64,000 bases of DNA from an uncultured Nitrososphaeraceae archaeon (GCA_963765895.1 CAVXZB010000048.1:1-64000); one strand, 5' to 3'; shown: positions 41,705-54,570, counted from the first letter of the stretch. Notes: generated from the letters alone by a model not told the origin. Numbers and translations: made by a program.

Positions 41705-41815
41705 TATAAATTAGTCCAAGAAATAGAGCTTATTTCAGGATAAATTTTTTTCATTTTGGACGTACGCCGACAACTGACATACAAATGAAGTTTAACCTCA
41801 TTAGTGTCTATGTAT

Positions 41816-41945
41816 GAGGTCTATACAGAGAACGGCTTATCTTAGATAATGCTTATAATCTCGTATGCTGCAATCTGTATTAGAAGACACTTTTCCGATA
41901 TAATTATGCAGGATCTGATATGTTATCCGATTTAGTCTGATTCGG
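41816..41945 (+). repeat. Dispersed repeat, copy H
   Basis: GGTCTATACA..TTATAATCTC..GCTGCAATCTGTATTAGAAGACACTTTTCCGATATAATTATGCAGGAT..ATCCGATTTAGTC. Confidence 0.88.
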
Positions 41946-41973
41946 ATTACTAATATGAGAGTCGGTTATCTAC

Positions 41974-42230
41974 CTACGGTTTAGCCAACACATTGTACAA
42001 ATATCTATTTTCTATCTTTAATTTCCCAAACCTTATAGGTAGATAACCATTCATCTTTGCTGTACTAACATTATATTTGATCATATAATTGGGATTAAAG
42101 TCTAGTCTCATCAGAGAACTACATCTGTCAAGCCAATTCGGTATTGCACCAAAAGCCTCATCAGGAAAAGATTTTCTAATATTAATATGATATGAAACGA
42201 AAATATGCACATTGCAAATTTTTCCCATGA
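41974..42230 (-). pseudogene. PriX-like C-terminal domain fragment of an element primase-polymerase
   Basis: YHINIRK..DEAFGAIPNWLDRCSSLMRLDFNPNYMIKYNVSTAKMNGYLPIRFGKLKIENRYLY. Confidence 0.65.
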
Positions 42231-43409
42231 TTCCAATATGGTGTTGCACGTACACCATTAACATCGAGCGATGTATCTGGAAATGCACCTGCCGTTTAGT
42301 CTAGACTATGTCCGGCTTATTCTCGGACGAATTCAATAAGGTAATCTAGGGAAGATGCATTCTGAGTATATCTTACGTACGCACGCATGTGCATTGCAGC
42401 ATACTGAATTTTTATAAAACGCAATAAATACAGTCAGAAGTACCAAGTAACTGATAAGCTAGAATGATTATTTTATTTATTAATACAAAATAAACAGTGA
42501 ATATGATTAGAACACATTATAAAATTGTGTGCATTCACTATAGCTAGGAATCCCCAGCGATTTCTCTTCGGTATTGACATTATAGGGCGATCCGGGTGGA
42601 CAACTGGCCCGGTCGCTCTATCTTTTCTAGTTATAGATGTTATTACACTATAGAAAAAATCGAGGTGATATCGATAATAGGAATTTTGAATACCAATTGA
42701 GAACTCAGACTATAGTGCCCAGATATTACACTGGAAGATTCATGCTCCAATAATTGGAGGTATGATATCAATTGGGTAACAGCGAGATCAAATTAATAAT
42801 TAGAAGATCTAGTATCATCAACACCCGAGATACCCGGCTATTTTGACTCTTGAAAGATTTTAGTGATATATAGAAGACACAGAATAAAGTTTAATTTATA
42901 ATAGAATTCAAATCTATCCAGGACATCTCGGGCGCAATTATATCATATCAGTATAGTTTAAAGCAGGTGAGGCTATCTATAATAGGTATAATAAGGATAA
43001 AAGTGGTAACAAACGCTAGTTATTAATCAATTCTGTTTATGATGAATACAAATATTCTACACAAAATCTTATTGTGATATGAGCGAATCTCATCGCCTAT
43101 CTAACATTCTCATCTTCAAGAAAGGACTAGAGCGCATGAATAAAGTGGCGCAGCAGGTGGGGTTAGAAATAGGGAAGGAAGTTATAACATCGCTCTGTCG
43201 AATATAAAGAATGTTTTACCAGAATTTGTGAAGTGGCAATTGCCAATCTATCTGGATCGTCCTGATAGACAGGCATCTAATTTGTATCAACATTCCAAGG
43301 CATCAGACTATACATTTGATATCTCAATTTGGTATAGAGCAAGTTCTTACCATGTCCACTTGATATATTGAATCCTCCTGTTCTATAGGTTAAAGGCTAT
43401 TTTGTTTTT

Positions 43410-44027
43410 TCATCGACATATATAGTACCTACTTATCTTAAGAGGTTCTTCTATAGATTCATCCGTGATTAAATTGACAAAATGATATCTTTTATCCTCA
43501 GTATTGTAAATTATTATACTTGGCGTATTCTCAATCTTATTTTCTATATTTGGAAAGTTCCTATGTGCTGTACCAGGATTGAGTACTTGTATTCTCTTGA
43601 TAGCTGCCTCATTTTTCAGAGCTATCTCAACTGTTTCATTACGCCGCTTGTGTGTATGACCGTGAATAAAGACATCATAAATTCCACTCCGAATAGCGGC
43701 CTCCCTGAGATTTTCGCTTGTTCCATGATAGATTCCAAACCTAGAGCTTGAGATCTCTCTATCATCAAATTCAGCCTTCAATTCGCCACCTATTTCTATA
43801 AATTTTTTGGATAGCATTAACTTTTCCCCATCATTGTTACCCAACACTCCGATGACTCTAACCTCCGGTAACACGTCCTTCAAATTCTTTAATTCATCTA
43901 CCACTCCAGGGAATACAAAATCACCTGCATGAATGACTAGGCTTATGCGTTCTCTTTTGAATATTCTGATGGCTGATCTAAGACTGTCAAGATCATCGTG
44001 GGTATCCGAAATAATACCTATCTTCAT
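43410..44027 (-). CDS. YfcE-family metallophosphoesterase
   Basis: ISDTHD, HAGD, GNND, YHG, GHTH, NPG. Confidence 0.92.
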   Translation of the reverse strand: MKIGIISDTHDDLDSLRSAIRIFKRERISLVIHAGDFVFPGVVDELKNLKDVLPEVRVIGVLGNNDGEKLMLSKKFIEIGGELKAEFDDREISSSRFGIYHGTSENLREAAIRSGIYDVFIHGHTHKRRNETVEIALKNEAAIKRIQVLNPGTAHRNFPNIENKIENTPSIIIYNTEDKRYHFVNLITDESIEEPLKISRYYICR

Positions 44028-44284
44028 AAGGACGTTAACTAGCCGTAGTCATTATTTCAACTTTAAGTACAATAAATTAGTTAATTTACAAACTCAAATA
44101 GATGATGTCTCCAGCAAAAGTCCCTCGCAATAAGGACATTTTTCAATCAAGTCCAAATTCAATCTGTCGTTATCTATAAGTGCATGGCAGTGTCGGCATT
44201 GTATTGTCAATTTTATATACCACTCTTCTATAGAAGACTATGCCATATAATCCTTTAATTGTATATTTTCTTTATATACTAACA

Positions 44285-44580
44285 CTAAGACTTATAGAAA
44301 ACCGCGCTCGAAAAGAGGATATTGATGTGACACTTCTCCTTTTTGACCGTCTCAAACAACCGATCGAGATCAGCTAGGTTGCCGGCATCACCCTGCACGC
44401 CGGTGATGTTCATATCAATTTCTTCGACTGCATTATCAAGCCTTTTGGCTGCTGGCCGGTGATGAAGACATACGCACATTTCTCGATGAATAATTTCGCG
44501 GTAGCAAGCGCCATACCGCTGGTCGCTCCTGTAATGACAGCTACTCTATTCTCTAATTTTTTTGACATGGATAGAGGCAT
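44285..44580 (-). pseudogene. Short-chain dehydrogenase, truncated and frameshifted
   Basis: VAVITGATSGMALATAKLF..VFITG; VQGDAGNLADLDRLFETVK. Confidence 0.85.
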
Positions 44581-45076
44581 TCCGTTTCCTCTTTTATGGA
44601 GATCATCCATTATCCCTTATCCATTATTCACAACCCACTCCTTATCACTACATTAAGAATTGTAATTATATAAGTTGATAATTCGAGGTCTAACCATTAG
44701 GTCTGGATGATAAGGTGATGGAAGATATAAAATCGTCTACTTTCTATCTGTTCCAGTATAGAAAGTACCTTTTGATCCCAAGCATCTCCTATTACCTGAA
44801 CCACACAAATTGTCGAGTCGGCAACTGGTTTTGGAAAATAAAGAGCCATTTTACCTAATAGTTTATTGCCTATAGAATCTCCCTTGCAGCTTTAGCAAAT
44901 TGACAAAGTTACAGATTATTTCTGACTGGCAACGTATCAGGGAAATTATTTTAATTGGTATAGTATTGAGGCTTTAATAAGCAAACTAAACATGTTACAG
45001 AATATAGACTTGGTCTTCTTCAAGATCCTGTCAATATTTATGCAACTTTTTTATTCCGTGTTGTATAATGGAAAGA

Positions 45077-45557
45077 TTACATAGCGTTACGTATCTTTGT
45101 AATTATCTCTTGATTTGACGAGGTAGACTCTAAATATATACAAAGATATCTATCATTTCTAGCTGTTAGCGAAGCTATAGCTATTTTTAGTAACCCATGG
45201 ATTTGTACAAGTTCGACTCGATGAGCCGAATCCTTGCTCTTTCCTATCTGAACGTAGCGTATCATCTTTTATTCTCTTCAATGTACTAGCTAAGTAATTT
45301 GTATAGAAAAGATAATTCGTATTGTAATGGCAAAATGTAGCTGAAGCCTTTAGACTATGTTGCCGATACTCTTTTGTTTCTGCAGAAGATAATTGGAAAA
45401 GTCTAGTTTTGATTAGACTGTTATTGATATTACCATCCTTACACTGTTTTCCAGCGATTAGTTTCCCGTTAGTATCTGTAACAGCCGCAAACCTTACTTC
45501 TTTGCTTATGTCAAGAGCAACCAGACACATTTCATCAAAGAAGTCATATTCTTCCAA
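45077..45557 (-). pseudogene. Roadblock/LC7-like (DUF6659-type) protein, frameshifted
   Basis: DISKEVRFAAVTDTNGKLIAG ... KIAIASL..DRYLCIYLE. Confidence 0.55.
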
Positions 45558-45778
45558 TTTTATCGTAGATAGGGTACATTACGATATATTAACTATTTGG
45601 AAGAAATATTACATACAATATTCTTATGTGTTTATCTTATATTAAAAGAAGAAAAACTAATAATATTTTGATAAATATAGAAATAAATTATGAGATATGT
45701 CTCCATCAACTAGCCTTTTCCTGCCCAGTACAATATGTAAATAGTAAGACGTCAATTAATCGTCAGTAGGTTTGCAAA

Positions 45779-46072
45779 ATGACTTGTAAAGGCATATGTA
45801 TACGTCACAAGGCACAAAAACCAGTTGGCTCTGGCCACTACGCTTTAGGACAGAGGCGATGCCAAATTTGTGAAATATTCATCAACTGGGTTGGATTGTG
45901 GTGTCCTTGCTGTGGCTATAGACTGAGAACAAGGCCACGAAATTTGAAGTATAAGGATAAGCTTAGAGCAAGAAAGAAAAGAGAGGAGGCAGATATGCTC
46001 ATTCAACAACAGCCAGCGTCTCAGATACAAAAACCAGGTAAGAGTATTATGCATAAATCAGTTGACCGCTAA
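45779..46072 (+). CDS. Conserved thaumarchaeal zinc-binding protein
   Basis: MTCKGICIRHKA..GQRRCQICEIF..WCPCCGYRLRTRPRN. Confidence 0.85.
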   Translation: MTCKGICIRHKAQKPVGSGHYALGQRRCQICEIFINWVGLWCPCCGYRLRTRPRNLKYKDKLRARKKREEADMLIQQQPASQIQKPGKSIMHKSVDR

Positions 46073-46337
46073 TAAGTTAAAGTAATACTCAGCGATGTAT
46101 GTATGATTGCTACTAATTCAGAATATGTGTTACTCTAACTATAGAACTACTAAATAGGTTAGCTAGCAGATTTGCAGCCATTATATTTATCACTCCATCT
46201 ATGTGAAATTCATTGACTATTGTCGAGTAACCATAAAAATATTAGCCATTACTGTAATCTCATTCTTATAGAGAGTAATAAACTTAGTTACTGAACATGA
46301 TGTGAAGATAATCAAGGTTTTAGTAAACGTGTTATAT

Positions 46338-46365
46338 GGCGCGCGCCTAATCATGGACATGCAGC
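46338..46365 (+). repeat. Isolated 5' end of the dispersed repeat
   Basis: GGCGCGCGCCTAATCATGGACATGCA vs copies C and F. Confidence 0.55.
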
Positions 46366-46461
46366 TTTTCATCTTGAGCACATGCTTATACGACTGGCCA
46401 TAATATAGTTAAGATATTACAGAATGTATCAACGCCACTCAATATTCCCATAAGCTCATCT

Positions 46462-47657
46462 TCATAGCCTGGTACTAACTCGTTTTAAAACGCGTTCATC
46501 ATACCGATTTTGTTTTACTAGTCTTGACATCTCAACCGCAGCACTTAAAGTCTTTATGATATCTTGTCGCATATGTTCATTATCTTTCATCTTATCAAAG
46601 TTGTTCTCTGTATCTTCAGCATACCAACCTCTTGTCCACCCTACAAATGGAAATTTGCCGAACACAAAACCAAGCTGGGACCAAAATGTGAGAAGCTCTT
46701 CTGCAACATGTTGTACATTGTCCTGACCTCCTGTAATTATAAATGCGGCAACTTTATCTCGAATAAGGTATCTCTCATTAGTAATATTCTGATTTTGTAC
46801 ACAATTCATCCTCTGAACCATCTGATAATAAAGTGAACTGGCACTACCACATCGAATAGGAGTAGCGATGATTACGACCTCAGCCCACAGGATAACTTTT
46901 TGATAAATCTCTATCATCCGATCTTCCTTATCCATCTCCGATATTGAACATGGAAATATGCATGCACTAGCATTTTTCGAGTAGTACCCCTCACAATGTT
47001 TGAAGTGCAAGTCCCTAAGCTTTATCACCTTAGTTTCGGCACCAAATTCATGTTTCGCGTAATCTAACGCATAATTTAAGGCATCTTCTGATGTACTTTT
47101 CCGCAGGGCAATCTTATCATTTGAGTTAGTAGTCGATATTCCTAGTATTCGTGTGGTCTTTTTAGTTTCCTTAATAATTTGCAGCTTACTATTCTTATCC
47201 ATATGGTTCAAATATTCTCTTACCGAATTTTGTAAGTCAGAATATTCTTTGTGTGGCTGTGTAACCCTTTTGCCAATATTAGTAGGAATGGAGTTCACAT
47301 AGAGCTTATCTTCAATTACCTTAGTCTCATAAGAGTCAACACTATCTCCTCCCTCGTGCGGAGCCTTGCCATCAATGATAGAATATTTCCAACCATGCCA
47401 CGGACAGGTTACAACTTTCTTTTTCTCATCTAATATGCCCTTACTTAGCGGCCCCCCTTGATGTTGGCATTTGTTTAATATACAGTAGTATTTGCATCTA
47501 CATTGAATACAGCGATTTGGATTTTAGCTCCTTCGTCATTGCTTACTACAAATTGTCTTGATTTACCAGCTGGTAATTCCTCAATTGTACAGAGATAACG
47601 AAAAATAGAGGATTTGTTATCATCATCTTTATAGTTGTCTATTCTCTTCATGCCCAT
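46462..47657 (-). CDS. Rieske [2Fe-2S]-flavodoxin-like (NAD(P)H FMN reductase/Isf) fusion; one frameshift near 47495
   Basis: NKCQHQGGPL...TCPWHGW reads in frame into HCEGYYS..CIFPC, IATPIR, AAFIITGGQD. Confidence 0.85.
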
Positions 47658-48513
47658 TCTTACTTATCTTCTCCTATTCCATAATAGTTTTTATCGTAAA
47701 AATCCGTCGGAATATACTAAGTATCGCAATGAATAACTTCAAAGACATGAAAGAAACTCACTTCTAGTTGAGAATTTTTCTTTAAACCTTCAATACATAG
47801 CATTTATGGTAAATTCTGCATTGTTAGACCGTACTCAGTTTAGTATATATTTTATAACTTCACTATAGGAAAAGCGAGCAGATTGTGTTCGCAATAGAGA
47901 ATGAAACAAGACAATTGCATATTATCATTATCTCATCACAATCAGTAGTAGGCATAGTAAATTTTTCATAATTTCTCTTGCGTTCTAACTTCATTCCAAA
48001 TGATCGTATTCGATTTGTAGTCTCTGAAAAATCATGTACTTTGTCTCCTAACAAAATAGTCTTTTACATCTATATCGAAATCTACTTCAAACTTTATTCT
48101 TAGTCTTAAATTGCTAGTTTAACCATCGCCACTCAACTCCTTATATCTCCACTCTATACAAATTAGGATTATAGTTCCTATTCATTAAATGACACTCTAA
48201 TCTATATTATAATTATAAACTCGAAAACAATTAGCAATTATAAATAAATTTGATGAGGTAGTAGCGTCTACAATAGAATAGTCTTTAAACCTAAAAACAG
48301 TATCATCCAGTTTTTCTTGCGCCAATATTCATAACCTTCTTCGTGGTTAAGACCTATTTTCTAATTATGTTCTGGTGCAATATATTCTAGTTGTACATAT
48401 CAACGGCATGGTTTTTAAAATGAATACTGTCTTTTTATATAGCATATTCAATTGGTAATGTGGAACATGTGCTTGCGCGCGTCCATGTCTTAGGTGCAGT
48501 CGACAAGTAGGTG

Positions 48514-49075
48514 CTACCAACCCAACACCTTCGCAGATTTTGCAGCTGCACCTCGTGACGCTTGATTAGGATCCTTATTTTCAAATTGAACTTCGTAGAT
48601 CGCCTGTCGAATATTATCAGCTATTTGAGGGTATTCAGGAATTGATGGCCGTGTTCCTGCAAACGGAATCATGGAGACTAGTTGTCTATAATATGGATAA
48701 GATAAAGCAGTAGAATTTAATAAATCACTTTTACCCATGGATATTTGAGTTGGCAGTACCCCAGTTTGACGAAGATAAGGACCAAGTATCTTGGGCTCGA
48801 GGGTTAGTTCAATTAGCTTCCATGCAAGATCCTTATGAGTGGATGCCTTGGGTATGCCTAATGCATAGCCTCCCATCAATGTTGAAGTTTGATTATTTTT
48901 ATATGGAACTGGTAGCGCTGGGATAAAACCAATCTTGTCTTCAAATTCCTTTCCAGACTTGCTTTGAAGAAATGTTACAGGTAGCCATGATCCTTCAATC
49001 ATGACTGCAAACTCACTGTCTAAAAATTCCGCTCCCCCGAAATGATTCTTCTGTGGTTTAATTCCAGCATCGACA
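48514..49075 (-). pseudogene. Sugar ABC transporter substrate-binding protein, C-terminal fragment
   Basis: FAVMIEGSW, TLMGGYALGIP..HKDLAWKLI, RPSIPEYPQI; N-terminal two-thirds absent. Confidence 0.8.
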
Positions 49076-50748
49076 AATATCTACTATGCCAAGCCAAGAT
49101 ATGAAGAATTGAGAAGTTGGGTAAATAGTGGTCAAGTTGACGTATTGAGATTTAGGCATAATATGTAGAAGCAAACTCAGGTAGGTAACTAATTTCTTAA
49201 CAGCCTATACATTTCATATATTCCAAGGTGCATGGAATTTGAAGCATTAACTATCCATGAGTAGGAATATAAAAGAAACCTTAAAAACAATAAGGACGAG
49301 ACGAGATGGATGATGTTAATTATTTCTTCAATGCCTCATTCAATAGTTTCACGTATTGTTCTAAAGCATTGTGCCTAGAAAAAAAGTCTACTATCACATT
49401 TCCATCTTCATAGTCATTTATCGCCTGCCTGCCAGGAAAGAAATCATCTACATCTTTGTCTATATTATAGAGTATTGTTTTCTTCATGGACTTAGCCATA
49501 ATTTAATATCATATGATCGGAATACTATATAGCATCTACATAATCAAGAATAAATAAATCAAGAGATAGATTCCAATCAAATGAATGAAGTGATGGTCTG
49601 CAGATGCAACCATTCCAAACTCTATCATATGTTTTCAACAATTACGAATGTAAGAACTGGAAAAATCATGCCAATTGAATTTTGTCTAGAATGTGAGTGT
49701 CATAAATTTATAGATAAAGAACAGGAACGATTGAATGAATAAGTAATAGTATTACCAAATTATGGTAATTCGCTATCAAAAGTGTCCATATATAATATGT
49801 ATATGTTTATCATATATTTTTATAGTGAGTACTATCTCCAATCTGTCGGTAATACTGTTGTCATCTTGATTATGGTCATCATAGCTGCCAATGTATTTAG
49901 CCATTTCAGGTACTGTTACTGGTAAGAAGGGCTTGGCTACTGAAAATAAGACTGGTAGTACTAATCACATAGGAGAGGCCGTTTGGCAGTTAACGATCCT
50001 GGTGCCGATGGACCAAAAAAGCCAGTTAAAAAATAAAGACTATTTCTTTAGACACCTTATTCAGTGCTTCAATATACGCTCTACTTTTTCAAGTACTAAT
50101 TTCATCTCTTGATGCAAAGAACCACGCTCAAGGCTAACCATCATGAATCTTATTGAATCCTTTATAATCTGTAATTCTTTCTTGTTGAACTGACAGGGCT
50201 CAGACATTCTTTTTTCTCTTTTAAGCGATTCGTTAGTGCAATTACTGTTCACTGATTTTAGGTCATCTTACTTCAAGATGCGTCATTTGATATTTGTTAG
50301 CAATATCATCTAAACATATATTGGTAAGTGTAGAATGGAAATAGCCTCTTAGACTAGATTGATGCTGTCTGGGGAGCAAAGTGGAGAACAACCAAGACCC
50401 TCCGCCATCAAAACCAGCAGATGACAACGTGAATGAGTAACGTCTAAAAGTCCGCTCGAAAATGTCGAGGTCTGGAATCATACTTTATTTTTCTCTCATG
50501 TTAACTGATATTCGGAATCTTCGTTATCGAAGTAGTTGTGGATTAAATTGTAGACAGAACCAAAGATTTAACTTTTTATCCATGTAGCAAACCGCTCCAA
50601 GGCGTTCTTAGAGTGGCGTACATAATAAATTTACTTTTAGAATTTCAAATTAGATTATCGCTTACATTTTTTTCCGTTAATCAACTGTCTAGTACGGTAG
50701 GACTGCCCTTATACAAATTCACGAGAAAAGAGAGAATTTAGTTCTCAA

Positions 50749-51174
50749 TCATGCAGATATCTGACGATTTGCACCCATATAAAGCGGATTTTTGTCAGGA
50801 TCAACAAGAAAAATGAATACGCTTAATCCCTCATTAATAAAATCAGATGTAAAGACAACACCTTTCTCTTTGAGTTCTTTTACAGCAATCTCCAGATCTT
50901 CTTGACTCTCAAGAAGAATTCCTAGTGAAATACTCTCACATTTCCCGAGAGTCTGTCCAGGATATACTTGAGTTGTCAGGCTTATCCTTATTGGGAATCT
51001 AGAACCGACAGGTGTTTCTACAACTCCAAATTCAGAAGTAGGTTTCTGAGCTAAAATGAATCCAAGTGTTTCGGTATAGAATTTAAGTGATTGTTCTACA
51101 TTGGAAACAAGGATTCTCACAAAAGCGCCTTTATTCTCCATACTTTTGGATATAAGGATTTGCTTTATATGCAT
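50749..51174 (-). CDS. VOC/glyoxalase family protein
   Basis: VSNVEQSLKFYTETLGF, ELKEKGVVF, DPDKNPL. Confidence 0.85.
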   Translation of the reverse strand: MHIKQILISKSMENKGAFVRILVSNVEQSLKFYTETLGFILAQKPTSEFGVVETPVGSRFPIRISLTTQVYPGQTLGKCESISLGILLESQEDLEIAVKELKEKGVVFTSDFINEGLSVFIFLVDPDKNPLYMGANRQISA

Positions 51175-51447
51175 TTATAATGGAAATAACAAATTATTAT
51201 TAAAGTTTAACTATATGTTCTTATTTTGAGACAAAATATTCGGTCGGAACCAATCGTAGTAACAGCTTTAGACGAATAGCTGAAGTATATTCTAACGTAC
51301 CGTCAAGTATATTGGAATTAAGAAAGCAAGAATGAGATTTAAAGTAATTATTATCGTTTCGAACTGCGTGCACTTAGGACTTCGGGGCCGCTTCTGTCTC
51401 TCGTCATCATATAATTATATAATTATACTTCATTAATAAGCTCAGGA

Positions 51448-51476
51448 TATTATTTGGCGTGCCTCATGATAGAAAT
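51448..51476 (+). repeat. Isolated 5' end of the dispersed repeat
   Basis: TATTATTTGGCGTGCCTCATGATAGAAA vs copy C TATTATTTGACGCGCGCCTAATGATAGACA. Confidence 0.65.
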
Positions 51477-51549
51477 TAGGTTTATGATATGCCGAGGTAT
51501 AGGCCATATTTCTCGTTAGTATTGTTGGTAACGATGATCAAAAATGCAC

Positions 51550-52245
51550 CTATGGCTTCTTTGCCATAGTTGTAACAGGATGTATTTCTGTCCATTCACC
51601 ATGTTCCTTATCCAATACATATGATCCTGTAACTTGAACGTGGCTACTTACTGGCTGAATATCTATGTCTTGATGGAAATTCTGACAAGCCGAAATTGCA
51701 GTTGCCTGGGTTACTTTTCCTATACAAATAGGCTCTAGGACTAGATCCCCGAATTGGTTCTCTTGATTAGCCGGATTTACTAAATGTGCATGGGGGGGAT
51801 CAGGCTTTAATCGTATATGCAGGTCACCATCTCGTTCGGTTCTGATGCTATCAATAATACCTGTTACGGTTATGCATGATTCGGAAGCTATTACAATTGA
51901 TGGCGACGATGGCGCAGAGGTTGTGGTACCGGCTAATGAGGAGGAGAAACTATTGCTTCTTGTATCCTTGCTATTTTTAGAAGGAATACCGCTTAGTTCA
52001 TCGTCATTATTATTATTATTGTTATCACCATTACTGTTATTATTATCCGCGATCCTTTCACAATCTCCATCAGGGCTACGGTGAAAGCCGTTTGGGCATC
52101 TAGGTAGCATTCCTTCATGAGGAACTACTTGTTCACAATCTCCACTTGGATTTTTATGATAACCATTTGGACACCTTCCGTCAGCTTGTTGGGGAAGGAA
52201 AACATAGGGAACAGTAGTAAGAATAATGGTTAAAGATGTAAACAA
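51550..52245 (-). CDS. Secreted protein with two CPNG-x7-DC repeats and an OB-fold-like C-terminal domain
   Basis: RCPNGYHKNPSGDCE / RCPNGFHRSPDGDCE; DGDLHIRL..LVLEPIC..HGEWTEIHPV. Confidence 0.7.
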   Translation of the reverse strand: MFTSLTIILTTVPYVFLPQQADGRCPNGYHKNPSGDCEQVVPHEGMLPRCPNGFHRSPDGDCERIADNNNSNGDNNNNNNDDELSGIPSKNSKDTRSNSFSSSLAGTTTSAPSSPSIVIASESCITVTGIIDSIRTERDGDLHIRLKPDPPHAHLVNPANQENQFGDLVLEPICIGKVTQATAISACQNFHQDIDIQPVSSHVQVTGSYVLDKEHGEWTEIHPVTTMAKKP

Positions 52246-52275
52246 AAAGGATGATTACGCACATTGTCATGGTTG

Positions 52276-52494
52276 TCATGTATTTACTCTATCTATTCTC
52301 GTTTTGGTTACATTTTGCCAAGCATTCTTAATTTCATCTGGCACGAATTCTAATAATATCTTGTCTGCCCTTTCATGAGCATCTGATAATTCCTTATTAT
52401 TTGCTAGTTCTTGTAAATTTTTAATCAGACGAGTGACAAAATCATCAGATAACTGAATTATCGTTTCATTGTCCTTATGTAATGAGTATGTCAT
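52276..52494 (-). CDS. Hypothetical protein
   Basis: 72-aa ATG ORF with plausible helical composition. Confidence 0.45.
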   Translation of the reverse strand: MTYSLHKDNETIIQLSDDFVTRLIKNLQELANNKELSDAHERADKILLEFVPDEIKNAWQNVTKTRIDRVNT

Positions 52495-52589
52495 TTGGGA
52501 TTGCTGTTTACTATCAAGTAGTTATATTAAAGCGATTGAGTCAGAAAATAATTGCTGAATGGGACTATTTAACAGCCAACTTCACTAAT

Positions 52590-52790
52590 CACTACTAGCC
52601 TGAGCCTTGTTATACAATAACTGTTTTCTGTCTTTAATTTTCCCCAGACTTATCAGTAAATAACCATCCTTTTTGCAGAATTAATATTATATTTGATCAT
52701 ATAATTGGGATTAAAGTCTAATCTCCTTAAGGAATCACATCTGTCAAGCCAATTCTTTATTATATTAAAAGCCTAATACTAGTCTTTAGT
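52590..52790 (-). pseudogene. Second PriX-like primase C-terminal fragment
   Basis: AFNIIKNWLDRCDSLRRLDFNPNYMIKYNINSAKR; ~85 bp nearly identical to 42073-42157. Confidence 0.7.
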
Positions 52791-53400
52791 GATAGTATAA
52801 GTTCAATAAGAAATTTCTGAATGCAATTCATAGAGAAGTAATGCAGAAAATCTCTCAAATTAAGCACGAATATTAGGTTACATAAGGTAGCAAATTACCA
52901 TCTGGTGACTAGCACCCGTGATCCTCTGCTTTTTATATGAAATTTATTTATTATATCTGAATGCAAGGTGTTCTCCATTGTGACACAGTGGACAATCTTT
53001 GTCTCTCCTTCGTTCCAAGTCAAAAACGACTCCGCAATTCCTGCAAATGCGTATATTTTTTGCCATGCTAATAGAATGTCATTGCTTACTTAAGGGCTAT
53101 GTAGACAATCCTGTAAGTCCACATTGTAAATTATCTCTGGTTAGTTTCTGATGAGTTTTGCTATTCATCATACGATTTATTAGCATTCGATATCACCAAC
53201 ATAAATTCGCTAATTTGCTTACCTAAACTTATGCATAAATGCGTCTGATTTTAATCACAATATTTGACGGTACTTTTATGATTTATTTGATAATCGTCAT
53301 AAATCTCGCATTTTGACCAGCTAATATCTCTTCTATACCTCCATCATCGTTCTTCAACAGTATAAGAAATAACAAAAGCAATCTCATTTTATTAATTCAT

Positions 53401-54363
53401 TCATTTTGATTGATTTTGTTGTTGCTGTAAGAGAGATGAAGACGACCTTGACTGTGGCAATTGGAAAAATGGGACTGCTCCTCCTTCCTGTCCTCCACCT
53501 AGAGAATATGGCAATTGTCCATTCCACCTATTGATTGCCTGCCACTGAAGATATTGAGGATCTTGTCTTAACTGCGATGTAATAATTCTAATTGCTTGTG
53601 ATTCTCCACCAGCCTTTGCTATATTAGCTTTAGCCTGTGCTTGAGCTTGTACAACTGTCTGGTTAGCTACTACCTGAATTCCTCTCAAATTATTCAATTC
53701 TGTCAAGTACTTTTGAAAAGCTACCACTTTATCTTCAACCTGGCTAGAGAATGATGGCGAGAACCTAAAATCAGTAATAAATATAGTCTCTACCACAATA
53801 TCTTTTGCTGACAAGGAGGTTCTTATCGTATTTGCTATAACATCCTTAACAATGGCTCTTTTTGTAATTAACTCCTCAGCGTTGTATTTTGCCACACTTG
53901 CTTTAACTGATTCTTGTATTGTAGGGGCTATTACTTTATCTGCATAGTCTGGGCCCAACTGTTGGTAAACCTTATTTACATCAACAGGATTCAGATGGTA
54001 ATTTAACGCTATCACAGTTTGTACTTGTTGTAAATCATTAGATGCAGCCGAAGCATTAGCCACGAATTTGAGTGTACGTACTTCTAATGGTATGACCTGC
54101 TCTGCAAATGGTATTATGAAGTGTACACCTTCACTTAATACTCTGTTCTCGACAGCACCAGCATATAGTACAACTCCTCTGTGTCCTGCCTGTACTATGA
54201 CTACTGATTCAGACATTATCAAAATAATAATGATAAATGTAACTATTGCTGCTATAATTAACAATTTGTTAGACCCTCTAACCAGACCTGATCCTACAGG
54301 TTCAAGAGGTTCCCCTTCAGGTGTCCTCTTATTATTAGCTGATTTCTTGAACGGATTTTTCAA
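53401..54363 (-). CDS. Prohibitin/SPFH-domain membrane protein
   Basis: AGHRGVV, SNDLQQV, IQESVKASVAKYNAEELITKR, DFRFS, WNGQLP. Confidence 0.92.
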   Translation of the reverse strand: MKNPFKKSANNKRTPEGEPLEPVGSGLVRGSNKLLIIAAIVTFIIIILIMSESVVIVQAGHRGVVLYAGAVENRVLSEGVHFIIPFAEQVIPLEVRTLKFVANASAASNDLQQVQTVIALNYHLNPVDVNKVYQQLGPDYADKVIAPTIQESVKASVAKYNAEELITKRAIVKDVIANTIRTSLSAKDIVVETIFITDFRFSPSFSSQVEDKVVAFQKYLTELNNLRGIQVVANQTVVQAQAQAKANIAKAGGESQAIRIITSQLRQDPQYLQWQAINRWNGQLPYSLGGGQEGGAVPFFQLPQSRSSSSLLQQQQNQSK

Positions 54364-54570
54364 TGAATACCTCTACTCATTTGATCATATTAATCAATAA
54401 GATATAGTACACTCTCATACCTATAAGCACCTTTTGAATCTGGTAGTAATATAAAAAATATTATCAAGGATATCATTTTAGATGAATATAATCATCTATT
54501 TTTCTTTTTTATACTATTAACATGCGGTATGCCAACTATATCTATAAAGGATACAAAATTTTCATTTCCT

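Noticed and set aside
42587-42616. GC-rich hairpin GCGATCCGGG...CCCGGTCGC
   Set aside because: Single short stem with no U-tract or second copy; function cannot be supported.
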